Shown here piece after piece: positions 10,886 to 18,448 of a DNA stretch of 64,000 nucleotides; the first letter of the stretch is position 1; the number at the start of each line of letters is the position of its first letter. The stretch spans positions 53,724 to 117,723 of the forward strand of contig CAVVLL010000001.1 in NCBI GenBank assembly GCA_963749125.1. Direction: 5' to 3'. A program made the translations under genes and the position numbers. This stretch comes from an uncultured bacterium (GTDB taxonomy: Bacteria; 4484-113). The notes beneath the pieces are model-generated. The model saw only the letters and a program-made list of their open reading frames with translations. It had not been told where the DNA came from and did no database searches.

Positions 10886-11263
10886 GTGGCTTACTTCGAG
10901 ATAACCGTCGGAGCTCAGGCGGAATGCGCCCTGCGCATTGAAGGCGCTGCGTCGCCTGACTCCGGCATCCACGGGCGCACATACCGTCTGCTGGCGGCGT
11001 TTCACGGCGAGAAGCTAAATGAGCGCGGCTACCTGGCGGATGAGCGGGAGCTTCGGGCGATGCTTGGCGAAGTCGCGGCTATGCTTGACCACAAGTATCT
11101 AAACGAACTGCCGCAGTTCCATGGCGCGAATCCGAGCGCGGAGAACATCGCGCGTTGGATTGCTGAAGAGCTACTAAAGAAGTTGCCGTCGTCAGGCGGG
11201 GTCAAGCTGGCATGGGTTGAAGCCGGTATCCACCGCGACGCGGCGGTTAGATATTACCTGTAG
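10886..11263 (+). CDS. 6-pyruvoyl-tetrahydropterin synthase / QueD-like protein (GTG start)
   Basis: 125 aa. PTPS-like fold signature IHGRTY, but HGR replaces the canonical HGH. Confidence 0.55.
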   Translation: MAYFEITVGAQAECALRIEGAASPDSGIHGRTYRLLAAFHGEKLNERGYLADERELRAMLGEVAAMLDHKYLNELPQFHGANPSAENIARWIAEELLKKLPSSGGVKLAWVEAGIHRDAAVRYYL

Positions 11264-11301
11264 CGACATTCGTATCTTTCAGGTAATCACGAGCTCTAGG
11301 G

Positions 11302-12135
11302 CTAGAAAAGCCCTTCGATAAGCACGCCTTCTTCGCCGTAAATACGAACATAGACTAAGTAAGGTGGTTTTACCCAAACAGGATTCTCCGGCTCGACTTC
11401 ATCGTAATTGTAAGGATAATTGCGCATATAACCCCATGCACCAACTCGCCAAAACGCATTCTTATTCGTGAAAACCCCTTCAAGGATGATTGGGTCTAGC
11501 TCGATCAATTCTGTTACTTCGTCAGCTCCTACAATCCTCACATACGCATTACCGGCAGAGAAACTGGCGCAATCCGTCTTGATAATCTCGTTTGTAACGG
11601 AACTCACTCGAAGCTCCAGATATTGGCACATCGCGCTTACATCTAGATATTGTCTGTCTTCAACCCATTCCATATCAGGAACCGTATACTTCGCCTTCTC
11701 GTACTGGCGATAGGCTGAGTTAGCTAGTAGAAGCGGCATCGTAATAGTGTCGGCTACACTGGTCGAGATGTAATCGTAATAGCCCCAGGCTAGATATTTT
11801 TCTAGTGACGACATCTCCTCAAAAGGGGTGAGGGGGTCGTCGAACTTGAGGTCATGATATGCGTCAATCGTCTTCGGACGGTAACCTGAATATAGTTCAA
11901 GGCGTAGTCTATCATGCGCTACTCTATCTCTACTGGAAGTAACTCCGGTCAGTCTTAACGCAACCATGGCATTAACATGGCTGGTTTCAATTTCGTCCTG
12001 CAGGTCCTTCGGCAATGCCTCCCTCGCGCTTGCGTTATCTGCGTAAGCTGAGTTTGGAATCATACAAAGTGCCATTACAAGCAAAAGCACGCCTGCTAAG
12101 AGGCACGAACCCGACTGGCAATTGGACTTCCCCAT
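11302..12135 (-). CDS. Hypothetical secreted protein, lower GC than its surroundings
   Basis: Signal peptide LLAGVLLLVMALCMIPNSAYA. About 45% GC against about 60% for the window. Confidence 0.5.
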   Translation of the reverse strand: MGKSNCQSGSCLLAGVLLLVMALCMIPNSAYADNASAREALPKDLQDEIETSHVNAMVALRLTGVTSSRDRVAHDRLRLELYSGYRPKTIDAYHDLKFDDPLTPFEEMSSLEKYLAWGYYDYISTSVADTITMPLLLANSAYRQYEKAKYTVPDMEWVEDRQYLDVSAMCQYLELRVSSVTNEIIKTDCASFSAGNAYVRIVGADEVTELIELDPIILEGVFTNKNAFWRVGAWGYMRNYPYNYDEVEPENPVWVKPPYLVYVRIYGEEGVLIEGLF

Positions 12136-12212
12136 TTAGTCCTCCTGGGTTACATACACAGCGATACAGTCTTCCGAATTATCCTCAAGGCATTGGCTTA
12201 GCTGCCGCTACC

Positions 12213-12959
12213 CTAGAAATACAGGTTCGGGATGATGTCCTCTTCTTCTTCCTCAGGTGCAAGCTCGGCGCTCAAGAGGTTCGCCAGCTGTAACTGGTAA
12301 GCTACCGGCTGGCGCTGCGCAAAGCGGGACTGCTCGGAACAAATATCCTTGTAGATGGCATTCACGCCATGCGCATACCCGTTGGGGCGGCGCGAACCGG
12401 GGCTGTTATAGCGTGCCAATGCTAGCATATAGCCACCCGCCCCGCGCTCATAGCGCTTGTAAAGGGCGATGCCAGCCTGGATGTTGCCCTCGGGGTCAAA
12501 GAGCATGTCGCGGCTGATGGTGATGTCCTCAACCCGCTTGCCCGCCCAGAAAGGCATTATCTGCGAATAGCCAATTTCTCGTGAGCCGCCCCGCACGACG
12601 TTCCCCGGCGCCCGGCTCCTGCCTGCGCGGTAGTGGCGACCCCGGCTCTCCTTGAGCACGCGCGCGAGCTGGACCATCGGGTCGGTGCTGTAACGGGCGG
12701 AATAGGTGAGAAGCCAGGTCGCGAGGGGGGTGGCGTCGGCCACCGGCAAGCCCCACTTCCTGGTCAGGTAGTGCACGATAAAGGCGTGGTCTTCAGGGCT
12801 GAAAGGCAGGCTCGCAGTCGCCTGGACGGCGGTTACGGCCTCTCTGTCAGCTTCCGCAGCCTCGGCCTTAAGCAGGCTTCGGCTAACCACACAAGTAAGT
12901 ACTAAAACTAGTGCCAGCAAACCAGCCAGCACCGCGATGCGCGATAACAGTTGCGTCAT
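12213..12959 (-). CDS. Lytic transglycosylase (SLT domain) protein
   Basis: EIGYSQIMPFWAGK matches the SLT catalytic E...GLMQIMP-like motif. N-terminal transmembrane anchor. Confidence 0.7.
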   Translation of the reverse strand: MTQLLSRIAVLAGLLALVLVLTCVVSRSLLKAEAAEADREAVTAVQATASLPFSPEDHAFIVHYLTRKWGLPVADATPLATWLLTYSARYSTDPMVQLARVLKESRGRHYRAGRSRAPGNVVRGGSREIGYSQIMPFWAGKRVEDITISRDMLFDPEGNIQAGIALYKRYERGAGGYMLALARYNSPGSRRPNGYAHGVNAIYKDICSEQSRFAQRQPVAYQLQLANLLSAELAPEEEEEDIIPNLYF

Positions 12960-13149
12960 AATCCCTTAACTCCTGGCGCAGGGGCCGATGCCCTTGCCCT
13001 CTTGAAACCAAAATGCCCCTACTGGGGCACACGAGCATTATAGCCCATCGCACACCCAAACGCAAATCCCCCCGTCAAGCCCCGACCAACAGATAGGGAA
13101 AACCACCTCTGGCATGCAGGGCGCGTCAGGCAGGCTTGGGATTTGGTGT

Positions 13150-13290
13150 AGGGCGCGGACTTGTACCGCGCCTCTGGGTTCTGCTGTAGGGCGGGGACCT
13201 GTGTCCCGCCGCTCTTCTCCGGAAACCAGACGGCGGCCCACGGGTGGCCGCCCTACAGCCAGACTCAGAGCCGGGCTAAAGCCCGGCCTA
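13150..13290. promoter_or_regulatory. GC-rich multi-hairpin structured element between divergent genes
   Basis: Four perfect 6-7 bp stem-loops (gcgcgg/ccgcgc, cgggga/tcccgc, ggcggcc/ggccgcc, gccgggc/gcccggc). A 10-nt long-range complement ctgtagggcg / cgccctacag encloses two of them. Confidence 0.3.
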
Positions 13291-13336
13291 CGGTTCTGGG
13301 CTTACCCCTGCACGGATAGGTGCTAGAATCTTTGCC

Positions 13337-13954
13337 ATGTCCAGGCTTCAAAAGCGGTCGGCATATCTGATAATCGCCCTCCTCGTGGCGCTGGCGTCCT
13401 GCGACGTCATCAAGGGCGGGGAGCTGGCGAAGCCGCCTGAGTTGGACTTCGCCGACGTCATGACCTGGGATAGCGCTAAGGCGCAGTCCACTTTCGGCGC
13501 GCCGTCCTTCATCGTGCGCACGCAGCGGGGCGACAACCTCTACTACTCCACGGGCGCGCAGGAGCCGACACAGGTGATGGAGCCCCCGGACTTCGCCCAG
13601 CAGTTCCCCTCCGGCGACCCGCGCATCCTCCCGTTTGCCATCATCGTGCTTTACGACGGCAGCCAGCCCACGAGCCTGTTCGTCCGCAAGGCGTATGAAG
13701 AGCCCGCCCAGCGCATAGGCTTCCTCGGCAAGCGCCTTAACGCCCTGCGCAAACCCGAGGTGGGCAACCTCGTTGGCGAGCCGGACGGCACAGGCTGGAG
13801 CGGCGTGGGCAAGAAGGAGTTTCGCTACGACTGGAAGTTCGGGCAGGGCGAAGGACCGCTGCCCAAGCTGCTCTTCAAATACGTGCTGCAGGTCACCTTT
13901 GACGGCGACTCCCCCCTCGTCACCAGCGTCCTAGCCTCGCGGGATGAAAGCTAA
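13337..13954 (+). CDS. Hypothetical lipoprotein
   Basis: Signal peptide ending LASC (lipobox-like). No recognisable domain. Confidence 0.55.
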   Translation: MSRLQKRSAYLIIALLVALASCDVIKGGELAKPPELDFADVMTWDSAKAQSTFGAPSFIVRTQRGDNLYYSTGAQEPTQVMEPPDFAQQFPSGDPRILPFAIIVLYDGSQPTSLFVRKAYEEPAQRIGFLGKRLNALRKPEVGNLVGEPDGTGWSGVGKKEFRYDWKFGQGEGPLPKLLFKYVLQVTFDGDSPLVTSVLASRDES

Positions 13955-13990
13955 GCCTCAAGTCTAAGCTACCGGCTTCCGACGCAGCCC

Positions 13991-15199
13991 CTACCCCTTT
14001 TCGGCTTCTTTGGCGCGGGTGAGGACGACAGCCTTGTCGCGCTCGCCGATGATAAAGGACGCGGGCGGGTTGAGGTGCGGGTGGAAGCCGGAAAGGCGGC
14101 CACCGCCCAGCTTGGCTCGCTTGAACTTTTCCTCAATGAACTTGTCAATCACCGTGTAGTCGTCGGAGAGCACCTGGTCAAGGCTCATCCCCGGCTCGTG
14201 CGTAATAATACCGAGTAGGATGTCGCCCTTTTCCTCGTAAACATGCTTTAGCAGCTCGCCGAAGGTCTTGCCGATGAAGTGCTTGGGGATATCGCGGACG
14301 ATGAAGTCGGTTTCCATGTCGGGCATGAGCGCGTTGCGGACGATGCGGCTCAGGCCGGGCGTCAGCGTTGAAGCGATGAGGAAGAACGGGTCGTTCTCGC
14401 CTGCGACGATGACCTCGTCGGCGCGCGCACGGCGCAGGTGCGAGCGCGAGCTTTCGTTGAGGATCTCGACCGACACAAGGATGTCGCTCTTAATCTCTTT
14501 CAGCGCCAGCGTCGCGAGGATGGCGCGCTCGTCGCTCTTGTCAGCGTCGTGCAAAGTGTAGTCGGCAAGGATCACGGCGCCGCGCGCATGCCTCGCATTG
14601 GCGCGCTCAAGCACTGATTCCTGCGTGTAATCGCCAAGGACCCAGCGCAGCTCAAGCGTGGGGTGGTTGCTTATGACGGCGGCTACTTCCTCTTCGGGAA
14701 GGTCGTTGACCAGCGCGGCCGATGTCTTCTCCTCCGCGCGCTCAAGGTGCTGGAGAAGGCGGTTGCCGTTGCTGTTCCATCCACAAATAATGAGGTGATT
14801 TTCCATTCGGACCTTTTCCAAACCCTTTCCCTCCTTCAACCGCCGGGCCACCAACATTGATGCTACCCCCGCCGAAAGCAGCGCCATGATGATTATGTGT
14901 ATGAACACGAGCACCATCACGATGATGCGGCCGGCCGAGCTATGCGCCGTGTAGTCGCCATAGCCGACCGTGGCCATGGAAATCCAGCAGAAATACAGCG
15001 CCTCACCGAGCGTGCCGAAGCGCGACGGGTCGTGCGCGAATTCTATGAAGTAAATTGCGACGCTGCCTGTAAGCCAGGCGAACATGTCTGCAAGCAGGTA
15101 ATACCATAGCCCGGCTCCGCTGACGAAGGCGGAGAATTCACTAAATCCTCCGAATATCTGGCGGAAGGCTGCTACAAGCTGTTTTCCCAGCGCGCCCAT
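13991..15199 (-). CDS. Two-transmembrane potassium channel with a cytoplasmic RCK (TrkA-N-like) domain
   Basis: Selectivity filter TVGYGD. LIICGWNSNG Rossmann-like RCK domain. Confidence 0.8.
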   Translation of the reverse strand: MGALGKQLVAAFRQIFGGFSEFSAFVSGAGLWYYLLADMFAWLTGSVAIYFIEFAHDPSRFGTLGEALYFCWISMATVGYGDYTAHSSAGRIIVMVLVFIHIIIMALLSAGVASMLVARRLKEGKGLEKVRMENHLIICGWNSNGNRLLQHLERAEEKTSAALVNDLPEEEVAAVISNHPTLELRWVLGDYTQESVLERANARHARGAVILADYTLHDADKSDERAILATLALKEIKSDILVSVEILNESSRSHLRRARADEVIVAGENDPFFLIASTLTPGLSRIVRNALMPDMETDFIVRDIPKHFIGKTFGELLKHVYEEKGDILLGIITHEPGMSLDQVLSDDYTVIDKFIEEKFKRAKLGGGRLSGFHPHLNPPASFIIGERDKAVVLTRAKEAEKG

Positions 15200-15202
15200 G
15201 TC

Positions 15203-16270
15203 TTACAGCCCCCGCATCCCCAAGAGGACTGCCAGCGCGGCGAATATCGCCGACGCCAAGTAAAGGTAGAGCACAGTGTTGCGGTGCGCCAGCCCCTCAA
15301 GGAGCAGCTTCGTGTCCATGTCTACCGGCGCGCCATTGCGCGACATCCTATGGCGGTAGCGCTTGTTGACGAAGAAGAGGACGCGGTGGTGAATGTGCTT
15401 CTTATCGGGCGAGGTAATCGGCTTGTGCTTGAGCAGCCTTCGGACGATAGCGAAGAACGTGTCAAGTATCGGGATGAGCAGGATGATGAGCGGGAGGCTG
15501 GCGGCGATGAGCGTCGTCTGCTTGAACAAGCCGAGCAGCGAGATGGACGCCAGGAAGTATCCCATGAGCAGCGCCCCGCCGTCACCGATGAACACGCGCG
15601 CCGGGTAGAAGTTGTATGGCAGGAAGCCAAGCAGCGCGCCCAGCACCGCGAGGCTCACCAGGCAGAAGTAGTAGTCGCCGCGCACGAGCGACAGCACGAG
15701 TATCGCCAGGAAGGAGATGGCGCTGATGCCAGCCGACAGGCCGTCCAGGCCGTCAATGAAGTTTATCGTGTTGACGATGCCGACGATCCAGAACACGGTG
15801 AGGGAGTAGTTGAGCCAAACCGGAAGCGCGACCGTACCGAAAAGCGTCCCGATGCTGATGCCCGCCCAGGCGACGCCGATGGCGAACAGGATTTGCAGCA
15901 CGAACTTGAGCTTCGCGGATAGGTGGTAGATATCGTCGGCGAGCCCCAGCGCGAAGTATAGCGCCGCGCCCACAAGAAAGCCTGTAATCTGCATCCTGCT
16001 AAGCGGGATGTAGGCGCTGTCAAGGAATGCGGAGACGAAGATGATGAACGCCATCGTGGCGATGAACAGCGAGACCCCACCCAGGCGCGGCATGTCGCCC
16101 CGGTGAACCTTGCGCGCATCCGCCTTGTCGTAGAGGCAAAGCCTCTTGCACAGCCACATTACCCACGGCGTCAGGGCTAGAGCCAACACAAACGAGCCCG
16201 CGCCGGTTATGAGGATTAGAGACGTCATCAAGCCGCCTGGGAAACCCCCGAGCCTTGAGTTGAAGCGCAA
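15203..16270 (-). CDS. Glycosyltransferase family 4 MraY/WecA-like undecaprenyl-phosphate N-acetylhexosamine-1-phosphate transferase
   Basis: About 10 transmembrane segments. NFIDGLDGLSAG motif. Confidence 0.8.
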   Translation of the reverse strand: MRFNSRLGGFPGGLMTSLILITGAGSFVLALALTPWVMWLCKRLCLYDKADARKVHRGDMPRLGGVSLFIATMAFIIFVSAFLDSAYIPLSRMQITGFLVGAALYFALGLADDIYHLSAKLKFVLQILFAIGVAWAGISIGTLFGTVALPVWLNYSLTVFWIVGIVNTINFIDGLDGLSAGISAISFLAILVLSLVRGDYYFCLVSLAVLGALLGFLPYNFYPARVFIGDGGALLMGYFLASISLLGLFKQTTLIAASLPLIILLIPILDTFFAIVRRLLKHKPITSPDKKHIHHRVLFFVNKRYRHRMSRNGAPVDMDTKLLLEGLAHRNTVLYLYLASAIFAALAVLLGMRGL

Positions 16271-16369
16271 CCTGCGCCTCTGGCCATGAAGATTCTAGCA
16301 TAGGCTGATACATGACGCGGACTTGCAATAGAACCTTTCGCCAGCAGCGAAGCTAATCTTGGCGAACAA

Positions 16370-16819
16370 CTAGTAAAAGTTCGCCTTATCATCTGATGAC
16401 TGTGCCTTAATTGCGCGCAGCGGCCATGAATGGCCGCATCGGTGGCAGACCATGTGCGGGTTAGGCATTGGTAATAGGCCGATACTCCCGACTACGAAGA
16501 GGAATGGAAGAGCGAAAATCGTCAACAACGGCGAGCAGCATACTAGAAGCGAGCATGGGAAGTAGTACTTGAACCATTTCTTTATTCCCCGCCAACTCTC
16601 CGTGTGGAATGTTTCTATTTCATCCGAGTTGCATTGAGGGCATCTTAAAGGCTTCTCGCACTCCAACGCTGCTTTCGCGCTTGCGTATCTTTCATGGAAA
16701 AAGAGCTGTCGCCTTGTAGGCGGCGGATGTGGCTCATGCTTTCTCGGCAGGCCTGATTGCTCGTTGTGGTGGTGGTCGTGCGTCACGGCGTGGGCTTCGC
16801 CGCCTTTAGTTTTCGCCAT
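16370..16819 (-). CDS. Zinc-ribbon membrane protein (start assumed at internal MAKTKGG)
   Basis: Contains CPQCNSDE...CHRCGH and transmembrane segments. The longer ORF (start at 16993) overlaps the upstream gene by about 210 nt. Confidence 0.4.
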   Translation of the reverse strand: MAKTKGGEAHAVTHDHHHNEQSGLPRKHEPHPPPTRRQLFFHERYASAKAALECEKPLRCPQCNSDEIETFHTESWRGIKKWFKYYFPCSLLVCCSPLLTIFALPFLFVVGSIGLLPMPNPHMVCHRCGHSWPLRAIKAQSSDDKANFY

Positions 16820-17334
16820 TTGTGGCCGCAGGCTTTGCAGCGGTATCCCCATGGAATGGCTGCGAGAATGGCTTCCGATATCATGATTGCCGGGAGTATG
16901 TAGAACAGCAAGATCCCTATGATTCCCAAGAACGACGTGCCGTAAACGGTGAAGAAACCAGTTTTTACGTCGCCGTTGCCGCACTTCGGGCATTTTGCTT
17001 CTTCGGTCTCCCCTGCTTCCTGCGCAAGCTCTCCGGCGCTGATAGGCGGTAGACCGAGAATCTCGGCAGCCGTTGAAGCATCACGCGCGCGCACCATCAG
17101 CCGCATTCCACCCATCGCCTGCGCATACAGCCACTGCGCATTGATTGTGTTTTCGTCGAAGATGACCGATTGAATGCCGTTAGCTTCCAACTCCCCGCGA
17201 GCAAGCTCGGCGTCGGGGATATCGTTATACCTTGCGAGCACGATGAGTTCGCAGCCCGGGTCTGCGGGAAGCGTGTCCCCCTTATCGGCGATGCCTTTCG
17301 GCTTGCCGTCCCTTTGGTGATGGTCGTGCTTCAT
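16783..17334 (-). CDS. DUF2007-like domain protein with zinc ribbon and transmembrane segments
   Basis: LIVLARYNDIPDAELARGELEANGIQ resembles the DUF2007 fold. Contains CPKCGNGD...CKACGH and two transmembrane segments. Confidence 0.5.
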   Translation of the reverse strand: MKHDHHQRDGKPKGIADKGDTLPADPGCELIVLARYNDIPDAELARGELEANGIQSVIFDENTINAQWLYAQAMGGMRLMVRARDASTAAEILGLPPISAGELAQEAGETEEAKCPKCGNGDVKTGFFTVYGTSFLGIIGILLFYILPAIMISEAILAAIPWGYRCKACGHKWRKLKAAKPTP

Positions 17335-17367
17335 CGCACTGGCGCGATTGTAGCACAGACATTCCCG

Positions 17368-17769
17368 CTAAAGGCTCTTCAGGTGCCGCGCCATCTTCAT
17401 GTCAATGCTGCGGATGTGCCTTTGCAGCCAGTCCACGAGCAGCTCCTGCGCGTAAACAAGCAGCTTTTCATTCGGCCCTTCGCGGGCCAGCCGCGCGCGC
17501 AGGCCTGTTATTTCGTCACGCATATGGTCGTGCTGGCCCTTGTGCTCGCCGTAGCCTCCGTAGTTGGTGAGAATCATCTGCTCTTCTTCCGCGCCGAAGT
17601 GCAGCAGCGCGTATTCTTCCATGAAGTCCAGCGTCTTCTTCAGCTCGCCTTGCGCGTGCTGCTCGCCAATCGTCCGCAGGAGATGGTTGATGCGGTCAAA
17701 CAACTCCTTATGCTGGTCGTCAATCTCCTGTATTCCCACCGACAAGCTTTCGTCCCATTTGATATACAT
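17368..17769 (-). CDS. Bacteriohemerythrin
   Basis: 133 aa. N-terminus MYIKWDESLSVGIQEIDDQH and H/D/E iron ligands typical of hemerythrin. Confidence 0.8.
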   Translation of the reverse strand: MYIKWDESLSVGIQEIDDQHKELFDRINHLLRTIGEQHAQGELKKTLDFMEEYALLHFGAEEEQMILTNYGGYGEHKGQHDHMRDEITGLRARLAREGPNEKLLVYAQELLVDWLQRHIRSIDMKMARHLKSL

Positions 17770-17815
17770 GTTTATCCTCGTCTGATTGTTTGCGCCTCTG
17801 CGCGATTACAGCCTA

Positions 17816-18334
17816 CTATTCCTCAATCGTTTCCTGCTTTTCCGCTTCTTTAGGCTCTTCTTGCTTCTCCGGCACTTTAGGCGCGTCCTGGGGCTTTAGC
17901 TCCTTTGCGTCCGCCGGGGAATCCTCCCCCTGATGCACGCGGACGAAGCGCGCCATGGAACGATCAACATCGTTTATGTGGTTTACGAACCAATCCGCCA
18001 GCGATTTGCGCACGCGCATAAGCAGCATTCCCGGCGGCACACCTGATTCCAGCTCTCGCTGCAATATCGAAACTTCCTTTCTGAAGCGTTCGTGTTGCCG
18101 CAGATGCGATTGAATTGCTGGATAGGAGTACTTCGCCATCAATTCTTCTTCGGCGGCGAAGTGCTTCCGGGCGTAGTCATCAAGGAATTCAATCGCTCGG
18201 TCAACTTCCTTTTCGGCCTTTCCCTCGCGTAGGGAATCAATCAGCTCGTTGACGAAGCTGATCATCTGCTTGTGCTGCGTGTCAATCAGCTCGACGCCGA
18301 CAGAAAGAGAATCAACCCACTTTAGATACGCCAT
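17816..18334 (-). CDS. Bacteriohemerythrin with an acidic C-terminal tail (tandem paralog)
   Basis: MAYLKWVDSLSVGVELIDTQHKQ. Hemerythrin ligand pattern. E/K-rich C-terminus. Confidence 0.8.
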   Translation of the reverse strand: MAYLKWVDSLSVGVELIDTQHKQMISFVNELIDSLREGKAEKEVDRAIEFLDDYARKHFAAEEELMAKYSYPAIQSHLRQHERFRKEVSILQRELESGVPPGMLLMRVRKSLADWFVNHINDVDRSMARFVRVHQGEDSPADAKELKPQDAPKVPEKQEEPKEAEKQETIEE

Positions 18335-18448
18335 GTCCTACACCTTAAGGTAAGCTGGAATGATTATACGATATCACCAACGCGCCCCAATTAACTGAAG
18401 GGCGGAGCATCGCCCCGCCCTTCACGAACTTCATTCAAGTAGCCTGCC

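Noticed and set aside
16370-16993. Full-length 207-aa version of the zinc-ribbon membrane ORF
   Set aside because: Its N-terminal 58 codons overlap the upstream gene by about 210 nt and are low-complexity. The internal start at 16819 (MAKTKGG) is preferred.
17170-17853. 227-aa ORF on the + strand
   Set aside because: It is entirely antisense to the hemerythrin gene 17368-17769, which has a clear family signature. No motif of its own.
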